Part shown: positions 50,137-60,425 of the stretch, one piece after another
Position numbering within the stretch: the first letter of the stretch is position 1
Layout: every line of letters starts with the position of its first letter
From: an uncultured Spirochaetota bacterium
Lineage (GTDB): Bacteria; Spirochaetota; Brevinematia; Brevinematales; JAOACQ01
Length of the DNA stretch: 64,000 nucleotides
Direction of reading: 5' to 3'
Assembly: GCA_963768055.1 (NCBI GenBank)
Contig: CAVYGN010000001.1
Coordinates: 1,216,001-1,280,000, forward strand
Made by a program: the position numbers and the translations under genes
The notes under the pieces: generated by a model
What the model saw: the letters and a program-made list of their open reading frames with translations, nothing else
Told to the model about the DNA's origin: nothing
Databases searched by the model: none

Positions 50137-50997
50137 TCAGGATCTCTTTGAAAAGAACCGGTAAGCATTTTTCTTTATAAGGGGTAATAAAATAAAATAA
50201 TAAATCAGCCATATTACCGCCAGGATAATAAGGATCTTTTTATTGACGATGAATAGAAAGACAAAAGCTGAGCCTGTTAGCAAATAAAACAGTAACGGAT
50301 AATACTTATTCTTTTTTAAGATTTTTTTTTTCAGGTATGCTATCGATTTGATTTTGCTTTCTTTAATTATTTCTTTTTTACTTCTATTATGAAAATAATT
50401 TATTTTATAAAATTGAGACGACCTGTCCTCCGTCATTACTTTAATAAAAAAATAAATGCCTTTCATAGATACTAAAAAACTGGTCTTTATATATTCTATC
50501 TGCTTTGTCTTATCTGTAATGATCGAATCAAGCAGTCCGGACAGCGATTTGATAAAATTTCTGTCAAACCCGGTTTTCATATATGACAGCAGATACAAAG
50601 CAATCAACGTTGTAAGTTTTGTCCGGGGTGTTTCGATTGAAGCCCAGTCAGTATTTCTAACCTTAATAACAAGATCATTCTCTTTTTTAAAATCCATATC
50701 GGGGGAATAGTGGTCAATAATAGTAAGTATCATGTTATGGATACTGTCATCCAGTATGAATCCTACAGATTCATATGGGAAAAAAAACAAGCCCGGGGTC
50801 AACTCTTTGAACATTACGCCTTCCTCTTCCCATGCATCCCTGTTGACCAGGGTATTCCCCCCTTCATAATTCTCGACAAGATAATGCTTGAGATATGGCG
50901 TCTCAACAAGATATTTTAAAACATTCCAGTAAGAAATGACGTTTTCAAACTCTGCAGTGTATAGATCATTCCCGATATATTTTATTTTTAGCGGCAT
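50137..50997 (-). CDS. Hypothetical protein with C-terminal TM hairpin
   Basis: Open ORF of about 286 aa with two C-terminal hydrophobic helices; start uncertain (50997 or 51024). Confidence 0.65.
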   Translation of the reverse strand: MPLKIKYIGNDLYTAEFENVISYWNVLKYLVETPYLKHYLVENYEGGNTLVNRDAWEEEGVMFKELTPGLFFFPYESVGFILDDSIHNMILTIIDHYSPDMDFKKENDLVIKVRNTDWASIETPRTKLTTLIALYLLSYMKTGFDRNFIKSLSGLLDSIITDKTKQIEYIKTSFLVSMKGIYFFIKVMTEDRSSQFYKINYFHNRSKKEIIKESKIKSIAYLKKKILKKNKYYPLLFYLLTGSAFVFLFIVNKKILIILAVIWLIYYFILLPLIKKNAYRFFSKRS

Positions 50998-51120
50998 TAA
51001 ATTTCCCCAGATTAGACTCGACAATTATAATACTATCTTATTCAAAATCCTGCAAATTTTTATTTTGAATCCTGATCTGAGCCACAGTTTTCGAAATTTC
51101 ATGAAGAATAAAAAATTTGC

Positions 51121-51148
51121 TTGCAAATTTCAGGGATTCTGTTATGAT
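51121..51148 (+). promoter_or_regulatory. sigma70-type promoter of the glgB-cyclase cluster
   Basis: TTGCAA-16 bp-TATGAT with a TG extended -10. Confidence 0.5.
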
Positions 51149-51255
51149 AGTTATGGACGGCTTTCATATCGGCAATCTCCTGACTACATGCATGAGGCAC
51201 AGGTCCTGGAAGGGCTTGTCCCTGAGTTATAAAACTGCCCATAAGGATGATTTAA

Positions 51256-53451
51256 ATGAATTATATTGATGAAAATTCATTGGCAAAAATAATCAATTTT
51301 GAACATTATGATCCTTTTGAAGTTTTGGGTTATCATGAAATTTCTATAAACGGGGAAAAGTCCGGTTCTATAAGCGCTTTCATCCCGGCCGCAAAAGGTA
51401 TTTCTGTTATTGAGATTCAAACAGGCCGGGAAACGCCGATGGAACTCATTCATCCCGACGGTTTCTATATTTACATCAATTTATCGGGACCTGAATTCTT
51501 CCCCTATGAGTTAAAAATCATTTATGATAATGGATATACGCAAATAACACGCGATCCCTATTCGTTTCTTCCTGTAATTTCAGAGTATGACAGGCATTTA
51601 TTTAATGAAGGAAGCCATCAGGAAGCATATGAAAAACTCGGAGCCCATATTATTAATATTGACGGCGTTAATGGCGTCCATTTTGCAGTTTGGGCCCCGA
51701 ATGCAAGAGCCGCCAGTGTTATCGGAGATTTTAACGGCTGGGATACCCGGCGTCATCAAATGCGGGTATTAGGCCAATCAGGCATATGGGAAATTTTTAT
51801 TCCGGGCATTTCCGAGGGTGATATTTATAAGTTTGCAATTAAAACAAAAGACGGCTCGGTTTTTTTTAAAGCCGATCCATTTGCATATTATTCCGAACTT
51901 AGGCCCAAGACAGGCTCAATTGTCTGGAATATAGGCAAATTTGAATGGAGCGACAGGGATTGGCTGGTTAAAAGGGACAGCGGTCGCAATCTCGATAAAC
52001 CGATGACAATTTATGAGCTCCATCTAGGCTCATGGATGCGGGTGCCTGACGAAAACAACCGTTCCCTGACCTACAGAGAGGCCGCAGTCAAAATCACCGA
52101 ATATATAAAAAAAATGAATTATACTCATATTGAGTTGATGCCGGTTGCGGAACACCCTTTCGACGGGTCATGGGGTTATCAGATTACCGGTTATTTCGCT
52201 CCTACAAGCCGTTTCGGGACTCCGGAAGATTTCATGTATTTTATCGATTATCTCCATCAAAATGAGATTGGAGTACTTATTGACTGGGTTCCGGGCCATT
52301 TTCCCAAGGATGCGCATGGCTTATGCTGGTTTGACGGGACAGCACTTTATGAGCATTACGATGACAGGAAAGGAGAGCAAAGAGACTGGGGTACGAAGAT
52401 ATTCAATTTCGGCAGGAACGAAGTCAGGAATTTTTTGATATCAAACGCCCTGTTCTGGCTTGGAAAGTACCATATAGACGGGTTCAGGGTCGATGCTGTA
52501 GCTTCTATGCTATATCTTGACTACAGCCGGAAGGAAGGGGAATGGATTCCTAACCAGTACGGCGGAAGGGAAAATCTGGAAGCGATAGATTTTATTAAAA
52601 AGATGAACGAACTTGTTTACAACCGCTTTCCAGGCGCGATGACTATCGCTGAAGAATCCACGGCATTCGGCGGTGTATCGAGGCCGACATACGTTGGAGG
52701 GCTGGGTTTCGAATTTAAATGGAATATGGGATGGATGCATGACTCCCTGGTCTATTTCAGTAAAGAACCGGTTTATAGAAAATATCACCAGGGGACTCTC
52801 ACTTTCTCAATGATATACGCTTTTAGTGAAAATTTCATACTTGTACTTTCTCATGATGAAGTGGTTCATGGAAAAGCATCTCTGCTGTCCAAAATGCCGG
52901 GGGACATATGGCAAAAATTTGCTAATTTAAGGCTTCTGTACACATATATGTTTACTCACCCGGGTAAAAAAATGCTTTTTATGGGACAGGAATTCGGACA
53001 ATGGGACGAATGGAATGCGGATAAAAGTTTAGACTGGCATCTTACTGCATACGAACCCCATTACAGGCTCCAGAAATTAGTTTCCGATCTCAACTTTTTG
53101 TACAGGAACGAACCGGCCCTTTACGAGATAGATTTTGAACCCGGCGGATTCGAGTGGATAGATTTTTACGATTCCGACAATAGTATTATCAGCTTTATCA
53201 GGAGGGCTAAGGACGGAAAATTCATAGTTGCTGCACTTAATTTTACGCCTGTGCTCCGTAACAATTATAAAATAGGAGCTATAGCTAAAGGCTTTTACAG
53301 GGAAATTTTCAATTCCGATTCCGTCAAATACGGCGGCAGCGATAACGGAAACAACCCGGGAATTACATCATCCGACGAACCCTGGAACGGCAAACCCTTT
53401 TCTCTGGAAATAACACTACCGCCGCTCGCAGGTGTGGTTTTTAAACTGTAA
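51256..53451 (+). CDS. glgB: 1,4-alpha-glucan branching enzyme
   Basis: [45 protein letters not shown]. Confidence 0.97.
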   Translation: MNYIDENSLAKIINFEHYDPFEVLGYHEISINGEKSGSISAFIPAAKGISVIEIQTGRETPMELIHPDGFYIYINLSGPEFFPYELKIIYDNGYTQITRDPYSFLPVISEYDRHLFNEGSHQEAYEKLGAHIINIDGVNGVHFAVWAPNARAASVIGDFNGWDTRRHQMRVLGQSGIWEIFIPGISEGDIYKFAIKTKDGSVFFKADPFAYYSELRPKTGSIVWNIGKFEWSDRDWLVKRDSGRNLDKPMTIYELHLGSWMRVPDENNRSLTYREAAVKITEYIKKMNYTHIELMPVAEHPFDGSWGYQITGYFAPTSRFGTPEDFMYFIDYLHQNEIGVLIDWVPGHFPKDAHGLCWFDGTALYEHYDDRKGEQRDWGTKIFNFGRNEVRNFLISNALFWLGKYHIDGFRVDAVASMLYLDYSRKEGEWIPNQYGGRENLEAIDFIKKMNELVYNRFPGAMTIAEESTAFGGVSRPTYVGGLGFEFKWNMGWMHDSLVYFSKEPVYRKYHQGTLTFSMIYAFSENFILVLSHDEVVHGKASLLSKMPGDIWQKFANLRLLYTYMFTHPGKKMLFMGQEFGQWDEWNADKSLDWHLTAYEPHYRLQKLVSDLNFLYRNEPALYEIDFEPGGFEWIDFYDSDNSIISFIRRAKDGKFIVAALNFTPVLRNNYKIGAIAKGFYREIFNSDSVKYGGSDNGNNPGITSSDEPWNGKPFSLEITLPPLAGVVFKL

Positions 53452-53472
53452 TCGGAAAAGGGGGTATAGGCA

Positions 53473-55554
53473 ATGAAAACTGAAAAGGTAAAAAAAAGAT
53501 TAAACAAAAATTTTATGGTGATATCTCTTTCCACCCTTGTTTTCTGTATTATCGGAGGGCTGTACTATTTGGTACCGATGATAATTCCCGATTTTAATGT
53601 TTTTCAGGGTATCGAGAACAATTCGGTTGATTTCCGTTTTACTGCAAAAAATTACATGGATAGTGTAATTTTCAAAACAGGGAAAAACGGAATATATAAC
53701 AGGATAGTTATAGCCGCAATAGATGACGAAACGATCATCGATAACAGCGGATGGCCCTTCGACAGGAAAGTCTGGGCCGATGCCCTTAACTTCCTGAACG
53801 ATTCGCTCTCAAGGCCGGGCCTCACATTCTTCGATATTGATTTCAGCGACCCCAGCCAGAAGCCCGAAAGCGACAGAGCGCTTATTAAAGCCTTCAAAAA
53901 TTACAGGGGGAGCCTTGGCGAAGATATTATCCTTGAAGCTATCGAAGGGCTTGACTTAAACGCGCTTAAAACCGGCGGAGAGGAATCGATCGAAACCAGG
54001 GATAACATTATAATACAAAAAGCGATGGATTACGATTCTGAAAGGATAAAGGCCCTGAAAAAATTCGAAATAAAGGTTACAAATGAAATAAACACTCTTT
54101 ATCCGATAGTTTCCCCTCTTCTTAAAGAGCTCCCGGAATACCTCCAGTTTGTCGGCGCAGCCAATATCGAATCGCGTGAAAAGACATACAGGGCTGTTCC
54201 GGCTATCCCCTTCATCAATCCTGTTTTTTACAGGATATTGGGCCCGGATGGAAAATATTCCCTTACAAATATATGTTATCCTTCGATAATCCTTGCAATA
54301 GTCCTGAATGAACTTAAAGCAGGGCTCTCGGATGTCGTTCTCGGGGATCATGCAGTGATTATTAAAAATGCCTTATATAAAGGGCGGAGGTCTGATTTCA
54401 GCATACCGGTGGATGAAAACTTCCAGATGAGCATAAATTACAGGTCAGGCCCGCGCAGTTCATATATCATGAAAATACCGTTCAGAAATCTTACTACCGC
54501 AAGGCTGCCCGAGGATTCAATGCTTTTTATCGGCATGTATTCGACAAAGGGCAGCAGGGATTTATATAATTCGCCGGTGGGAGAGATGTTCGGGGTAGAG
54601 CACCTGGCATACGCAGTAGGCACCATACTCAGCAGGGATTTCCTCTATGATGCCCCCGAGTGGATGAATCTTATATACATGTTATTTTTGACTGTATTTG
54701 TAGGCTTTGCGACATCCCGGGGACTCAAATACATAGTAGGCGCGGCCTCATTATCCATAATACTGCCTATCGCTTTAGGAGTCATAGCTTTTCAATTCAA
54801 CTTTATCATCTCGACGCTGATCCCGGCAATAAGCGGAATAATAGCCCTCTTAACGATCCAGATTTACATGCTTTTCACCGAAGAGAAGGAGAAAAGTTTT
54901 ATAAAAACCACTTTCTCAAGTTATCTTAACCCCAAACTTGTCGACATCCTTATCCAGAACCCGGAAAGGATACAGCTCGGAGGCGAAGATAAAGAGATCA
55001 CTGTCCTTTTTTCGGCCATTAAGAACCTCGGGGACATAACAGCAGGCATGGGTGCAAAGGAGCTTATAGGCTTCTTAAACGATTATTTTTCAATGATGGC
55101 AGACATAGTGATGGACACAAGCGGAACTCTCGACAAGTACATCGGGGACTCGGTAATGGCGTTCTGGGGAGCCCCTATAGATATTCCCGACCACGCGATA
55201 AAGGCCTGCGAAGCAGGATTAAAAATGTTAGAGACGGTTAAGGATTTCAATAAAAAAAGAAGTGAAAAAGCCCTTGATCCGATCAATGTTAATATAGGGA
55301 TCAATACCGGCTGCATTATTGTCGGAAATGTCGGATCTGAGAGCCAGAAAAACTATACAGCGATAGGCGATCCGGTAAACCTCGCCTCGAGGCTCAAGGG
55401 CCTTAACAAGTTTTACCATACCCAGACCGTTATAAGCGAATATACATATGAAAAGATCAGGGACCGCTGCCTGGCAAGAGAACTGGACCTTACGCGGGTA
55501 AAGGGGAAATTAAAGCCTGTAAGAATATATGAACTCCTGGATCTTAAACTATAA
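53473..55554 (+). CDS. CHASE2 + TM + class III adenylate/guanylate cyclase; first catalytic Asp lost (A515), Asn/Arg kept
   Basis: IAAIDDET..GWPFDR, FFDIDF (CHASE2); LFSAIKNLG in place of LFSDIRGF; DKYIGD; YTAIGDPVNLASRL; VKGK. Confidence 0.9.
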   Translation: MKTEKVKKRLNKNFMVISLSTLVFCIIGGLYYLVPMIIPDFNVFQGIENNSVDFRFTAKNYMDSVIFKTGKNGIYNRIVIAAIDDETIIDNSGWPFDRKVWADALNFLNDSLSRPGLTFFDIDFSDPSQKPESDRALIKAFKNYRGSLGEDIILEAIEGLDLNALKTGGEESIETRDNIIIQKAMDYDSERIKALKKFEIKVTNEINTLYPIVSPLLKELPEYLQFVGAANIESREKTYRAVPAIPFINPVFYRILGPDGKYSLTNICYPSIILAIVLNELKAGLSDVVLGDHAVIIKNALYKGRRSDFSIPVDENFQMSINYRSGPRSSYIMKIPFRNLTTARLPEDSMLFIGMYSTKGSRDLYNSPVGEMFGVEHLAYAVGTILSRDFLYDAPEWMNLIYMLFLTVFVGFATSRGLKYIVGAASLSIILPIALGVIAFQFNFIISTLIPAISGIIALLTIQIYMLFTEEKEKSFIKTTFSSYLNPKLVDILIQNPERIQLGGEDKEITVLFSAIKNLGDITAGMGAKELIGFLNDYFSMMADIVMDTSGTLDKYIGDSVMAFWGAPIDIPDHAIKACEAGLKMLETVKDFNKKRSEKALDPINVNIGINTGCIIVGNVGSESQKNYTAIGDPVNLASRLKGLNKFYHTQTVISEYTYEKIRDRCLARELDLTRVKGKLKPVRIYELLDLKL

Positions 55555-55572
55555 TTTGTTAAGGAGGGGGGT

Positions 55573-57702
55573 ATGGCCGGGAAAAATAAAATCGGAAAAT
55601 CGAGCACCATAATACTTATATCTTTGGCTGTAATTCTGTTTATTGCCGGGATGTTTTACCTGCCGCATGAATATGACTTTCTGTCGGTCAGAAAAGTCCT
55701 CCATGCTTTTGAAGACCTTTCCATCGGCTGGAGGTTCGTCTCCAAGTCCTTTCAAACGGGCACTTTTGTGCAGGTCAAGGGCGCGATTCACCGCAACCAG
55801 GTCCCGGGCATTTATTCTAAAATGACCATCTTCGAACTCGATGACGACTCAATCAGTTATTATAAAAGCTATCCTATCGATAGAAAGGTATGGGCGAAAC
55901 TGCTGGACCATTTTAATTCATCCAACTCGATTTATAAAAAACCCCATTTATATCCCCCCGATCTTCTTTTGTTCGATATTTTCTTCGATAAACCAAGCCC
56001 GAACACCGATAGCGACGCCGCCCTGGCAAAATCATTCGCTTCATTCAGCCAGCCTGCTGGCGGAGATTTTATGCTTTACCCTATTCCTATGTTCCGCCCT
56101 CAGCTTGATTCAGATAATTACATAATCGATGAAAAAGACAGAAAAACTATTATAAAAGAAGGGCTTTCCTACGATTCTCCCGAAGCCGCCGCTTTGCAAA
56201 AATTCGAATTAAATACAGGCCTTAAACCCGGGGAAATAAGACCCTTTTACAAGGTAAAATCCATAATAGGAAAAATATCGGAGAACCTTACTTTTTCGGG
56301 CTTTGTGAATACCGAGCCTATCGAACCCGGGGAAGATATATACTGCAAAAATCCCCTGGTCCTTCCTGTGGGATACTATATCGAGGAAAACGGGAAATTA
56401 AAAATAACTAATATATACTACCCTTCGATAGCTTTGTCGGCCGCCGTAAAACTCCTTGGCGCGGATTTGAAGGATGTAGTTCTCGAAAAGGGCAAAGTAA
56501 TTATTAAAAACGCCGTCTGGCATGGCGGAAAAAGCGACTTTTCAATACCGGTGGATAATGAGTACAGGCTTTTGATAAATTATAAAGCGACAGGCCCTTC
56601 CGGCTTCATACAAATTATGCCCATTAAACTGGCTGAGCATGCCCAATTTCCTAAAAATTCAATATTTCTTATCGGTGTAGCCACTTCCGGAATATCGGAT
56701 AACAAATGGCTTTCCCCCCTTGGGGATATGTACAGCGTGGAACATATAGGATATTCCATCGGGACAATATTAAACAGGGATTTTATTAATGAAGTCCCAT
56801 TACCCTTTGAACTTGCTTACCTCATCGTTTTTACGATCTTGATCGGGATCCTGCTCTCAAGGGGGACCGGAACGGCCATTATAGCCCTTCTGCTTGCAAT
56901 AATATTTCCGCTTTTTCTCGGCTTCGCGCTATTTCAGATTAATATAATGATAGTTACACTTATACCTATTATCACAGGAGGTCTCGCCCTCGTTGCCGGT
57001 GAAATATTTATTATACTTACGGAGCAAAGGGAAAAACGGTTTATAAAATCCACTTTTTCTAAGTATGTCAGTCCGGATCTTGTTAATATCCTTGTGGCAA
57101 ACCCAGAAAAGATCGAACTTGGAGGCCAGGATACGGAGGCGACAGTCCTCTTTTCAGATATAAGAGGGTTTACAACCCTTTCGGAAGGTATGCAGCCGAA
57201 GGATCTCATAGGTTTTTTAAACCTGTATCTGACAAGAATGACCAACATTGTCATGGAGACAAAAGGAACCCTGGACAAATATATAGGAGACGCTGTTGTC
57301 GCGTTTTGGGGTACGCCGATCGAACTCCCCGACCATGCGCTTAAGGCATGCCAGGCAGGCCTTAAAATGATCGATTCCATGAACGCTTTTAACGAAGAAC
57401 AGGTAAAGTTGGGAAATAAGGCGATAAATATCGGAATAGGCCTGAATACAGGGAACATTACCGTAGGTAATATCGGATCGGAAAAGAAGAGAAATTATAC
57501 GGCGATCGGCGATAATATGGATATGGCTGAAGACCTTCAGGATGAAAATAAATTTTATCAAACCAATGTTATTATCAGCCAGTTCACTTATGAAAAAATC
57601 AAGGAATGGGCCGTTGTCAGGGAATTGGACAGTATTTATGTAAAGGGTCATAATAATCCGATAAAGATATACGAACTTATGGATTTGACTAAATGGGATT
57701 GA
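55573..57702 (+). CDS. CHASE2 + TM + class III adenylate/guanylate cyclase; metal-binding Asps kept, Asn/Arg lost (D650/D654)
   Basis: LDDDS..YPIDR, LFDIFF (CHASE2); LFSDIRGFT; DKYIGD; YTAIGDNMDMAEDL in place of GDxVNxASRL. Confidence 0.9.
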   Translation: MAGKNKIGKSSTIILISLAVILFIAGMFYLPHEYDFLSVRKVLHAFEDLSIGWRFVSKSFQTGTFVQVKGAIHRNQVPGIYSKMTIFELDDDSISYYKSYPIDRKVWAKLLDHFNSSNSIYKKPHLYPPDLLLFDIFFDKPSPNTDSDAALAKSFASFSQPAGGDFMLYPIPMFRPQLDSDNYIIDEKDRKTIIKEGLSYDSPEAAALQKFELNTGLKPGEIRPFYKVKSIIGKISENLTFSGFVNTEPIEPGEDIYCKNPLVLPVGYYIEENGKLKITNIYYPSIALSAAVKLLGADLKDVVLEKGKVIIKNAVWHGGKSDFSIPVDNEYRLLINYKATGPSGFIQIMPIKLAEHAQFPKNSIFLIGVATSGISDNKWLSPLGDMYSVEHIGYSIGTILNRDFINEVPLPFELAYLIVFTILIGILLSRGTGTAIIALLLAIIFPLFLGFALFQINIMIVTLIPIITGGLALVAGEIFIILTEQREKRFIKSTFSKYVSPDLVNILVANPEKIELGGQDTEATVLFSDIRGFTTLSEGMQPKDLIGFLNLYLTRMTNIVMETKGTLDKYIGDAVVAFWGTPIELPDHALKACQAGLKMIDSMNAFNEEQVKLGNKAINIGIGLNTGNITVGNIGSEKKRNYTAIGDNMDMAEDLQDENKFYQTNVIISQFTYEKIKEWAVVRELDSIYVKGHNNPIKIYELMDLTKWD

Positions 57703-59432
57703 AACCTCTTAATTACGGGTTTGCACTGCTTCTGTTTGTTTTTTGTTCATGCACCTCCGGTCTTATAAAAGAAGAGCAGGAAAAGCAGCAAACAAATCTC
57801 TCTGCAGCTATTTTAGACTCTATAGTAAAGCGCTATACTATCATAATATACCCCTTCCGGAATCTCACAGGCGAAGGGGACCTCGATTATTTGACAAACG
57901 CAATTCCGGATATGCTTGAAAACCATTTAAAACCGATAGAAAGCGAAACATCATTTATACCCTTTGAAATTGTGGATTTCAGCTTGAATTCGAATGTAAT
58001 AAATCTCGTTGAGGCTTCGAATTCTATTTTTACAAATTATCTTATTTTACAGCCGGTTACATTGACGCAATACAAAGCTGATACAACGTTAGGCAATATC
58101 AATTCCATTATTACAACAAATTTGGTGAGTACAAATTCTACAAATTCAACAAATACAAATACTAATACGAATAAAGTGATTGTCGCCAATTATACAATCG
58201 GAGGCCAGCCCTATATCATCAGTACGAATATGAACACAAATATTATCACAAATTCAATAATTACAAATATAATACAGACCAACCTCCCAAAATTGACCAG
58301 GGAAAATTATATGGCCCTTATTTTAAACGAATACACGGATTTGACGAATATAATATGTTTCATGCCTATCGATATAACAAACAGGGGGATCGGACATACC
58401 AACGCGTTATCAAATTCAGTTAATTTATCGAATTCTATAAGCAATAATTATTCTATAAGCAATAACTATTGTGAAGTTCGTGGAAGCTACTCCCTGGTTG
58501 AAAAACGGCAGGGTCCGAACCTGCTAAAAGTCGATATGACCGCTGTTTTCGTTATGAATGGAACGAATATTATTAAAAGGGAAATAACAAGCAGAGAGGA
58601 CAGGCTTTCCGAAAAGATTTTCGATTTCGTGAAACCGATCAGAAGGCTTAGCCTGAATAAAGAAACCGGCGATATTATTATCGATTCCCAGCCGGAGGAC
58701 GCCAGCATTTATTATGACGGTATCTTTATTGGAAAGAGCCCCTTATATTATCCATCGATTCCCGCAGGACAGCATGTCTTTTCATTTTTAAAACAGGGGT
58801 TTTCTCAGGTTGTCGTTAAATCCGATATCCTTACGAACAGGACAAATATAATTTATAAACCGATAGAACAACTCCAGACCGGAGGGATAGTAAGTATCAA
58901 GTCCGAACCGTCCAATGCTCTAGTTTATATAGATTCTTCTTTTGTGGGCAAAACACCGATTGTGCTTACAGATCTGACTATCGATACCCTGCACAGGGTC
59001 ACAATAGAAACCACGGCTTCAAACTACTTTCCGTTTTATAATAACTTTACGTTGCATAATACAAATATCCAATATGAAATCGATGCGACGCTTACCGGAA
59101 TTCAGGGTACTCCTGATTGGGAACGGCGTTTGAATTGGTATGGAGTCTACGCGGGATGGGGCGTTACAGCCTTTTTCGTCGCTTTGAATATCTACGCCGA
59201 TTATGAAAAACAGTACTATGAGGATCAGGTTTTTAACCAGGGAAACAGCGATGCGCAGGCTGGCGTCAGCTTTTATGACAATCTTAATCATACAACGACT
59301 ACGTGGGGTGTGGTTTCCGGCATTGTGACATTGGGCTTTACCTGCGTTGCCCTCTTCAATGAGGAAGTCTACCTGGGATTGCGAAGCACATCGCCCTCGG
59401 ATATCGACGCGTATCTAGCCTTGAGATTTTAA
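57693..59432 (+). CDS. PEGA-domain lipoprotein with Asn/Thr-rich low-complexity region
   Basis: Lipobox-like FCSC; YPFRNLTG..DYL..AIPDML; two PEGA repeats (IDSQPEDASIYYDG..IGKSP, IKSEPSNALVYID..VGKTP); overlaps the upstream stop. Confidence 0.75.
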   Translation: MGLKPLNYGFALLLFVFCSCTSGLIKEEQEKQQTNLSAAILDSIVKRYTIIIYPFRNLTGEGDLDYLTNAIPDMLENHLKPIESETSFIPFEIVDFSLNSNVINLVEASNSIFTNYLILQPVTLTQYKADTTLGNINSIITTNLVSTNSTNSTNTNTNTNKVIVANYTIGGQPYIISTNMNTNIITNSIITNIIQTNLPKLTRENYMALILNEYTDLTNIICFMPIDITNRGIGHTNALSNSVNLSNSISNNYSISNNYCEVRGSYSLVEKRQGPNLLKVDMTAVFVMNGTNIIKREITSREDRLSEKIFDFVKPIRRLSLNKETGDIIIDSQPEDASIYYDGIFIGKSPLYYPSIPAGQHVFSFLKQGFSQVVVKSDILTNRTNIIYKPIEQLQTGGIVSIKSEPSNALVYIDSSFVGKTPIVLTDLTIDTLHRVTIETTASNYFPFYNNFTLHNTNIQYEIDATLTGIQGTPDWERRLNWYGVYAGWGVTAFFVALNIYADYEKQYYEDQVFNQGNSDAQAGVSFYDNLNHTTTTWGVVSGIVTLGFTCVALFNEEVYLGLRSTSPSDIDAYLALRF

Positions 59433-60257
59433 AAATTCAGCAAGAACCCTCCCCCCTACCGGGTGGTTCTTTATATATAACAGCCATGATAAAAGATAGC
59501 TCTCAGGCTCTCCGGTATCAAGCATCGTTCCGCTGATTTCTAAAGCTTGCACCCTCCCCATTTCCGCCAGTTTGTTTATAGCCTCAATGTGGTAAAATTC
59601 ACCGCCGGTATGGTTTTTATAATCGGTTTCCAGAAAATCGAGTATCTCCGGTGTGTATAAATATCTGCCTATTGAAACAAAATTGGAAGGCGCATTTCCA
59701 TTATCCGGTTTTTCAACAATTTTTTCAATATCGAGGAATTCTCCCGACTTTTTAAATTTAACGACCCCATAACGTGATAAATTGACTTGTTCTTTTCTAA
59801 TTGCAAGAATATTTTTACCCGTACGGTTATACAAATCTATCATTGAACTTGTAAGTCCGGGATCGCTTAAAACAATATCGTCCGGATAGGCAACTATTAA
59901 GGGTTCCTGCTGAATAAACGGCTTTATCATCAACAGGGCCTGTCCCGTACCCTTCATTTCCTTCTGCCTGATAAAACAAAAGTTCATATTTCTCGGTTTT
60001 ATGCTGTTAAGCATTTTGCTTTTTTTACTCTTGCCGAGTTCCTGCTCCAGTTCAATCTCTTTATCGAGGTAATCCTCAAGCGGCTTCTTTCTTCTGCTCG
60101 ATATAATTATAACGTCCTTTATGCCGGCTTCTTCAAACTCATCAAGTATAAAATCGATGAGGGGCCTGTCGTACAAAGGAAGCATTTCCTTTGGAAGAGA
60201 TTTCGTCAGAGGTAAAAAACGAGTCCCGTAGCCTGCCGCGACGATCACGCCTTTCAT
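59415..60257 (-). CDS. galU: UTP-glucose-1-phosphate uridylyltransferase
   Basis: AAGYGTRFLPLTKSLPKEMLP, RQKEMKGTG, VEKP, IGRY. Confidence 0.88.
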   Translation of the reverse strand: MKGVIVAAGYGTRFLPLTKSLPKEMLPLYDRPLIDFILDEFEEAGIKDVIIISSRRKKPLEDYLDKEIELEQELGKSKKSKMLNSIKPRNMNFCFIRQKEMKGTGQALLMIKPFIQQEPLIVAYPDDIVLSDPGLTSSMIDLYNRTGKNILAIRKEQVNLSRYGVVKFKKSGEFLDIEKIVEKPDNGNAPSNFVSIGRYLYTPEILDFLETDYKNHTGGEFYHIEAINKLAEMGRVQALEISGTMLDTGEPESYLLSWLLYIKNHPVGGRVLAEFLKSQG

Positions 60258-60274
60258 ATAAACTCCTCGATATA

Positions 60275-60425
60275 ATTACCGGCTTCTATAACAAATTCAG
60301 CGAAGCCACGCAAAGACTCACAAGGAGGTTTTCAGGTTTGTATAGAAATACCCTCGCTTCCCGATCCTTAAATTATTCTCCCCGTTTATTAGCGTGGCTT
60401 AGCGGATAGACAGCCAAGGCCGTAA
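60275..60425 (-). ncRNA. Long irregular hairpin upstream of galU (candidate 6S-like RNA or cis-leader)
   Basis: Nested complementarity: AAGCCACGC/GCGTGGCTT, GGCT/AGCC, TCTAT/ATAGA, AAGGA/TCCTT; minus-strand TTGTTA-17-TATAAT upstream. Confidence 0.3.

Noticed and set aside
51195..51225. CAGGTCCTGGAAGGG resembling SRP RNA domain IV
   Set aside because: Lacks the AGCAG strand of the conserved internal loop; kept only as part of a possible leader.
53473..57702. Reading the two cyclases as decaying pseudogenes
   Set aside because: Both ORFs are full length with RBSs and no frameshifts, and the lost residues are exactly complementary.
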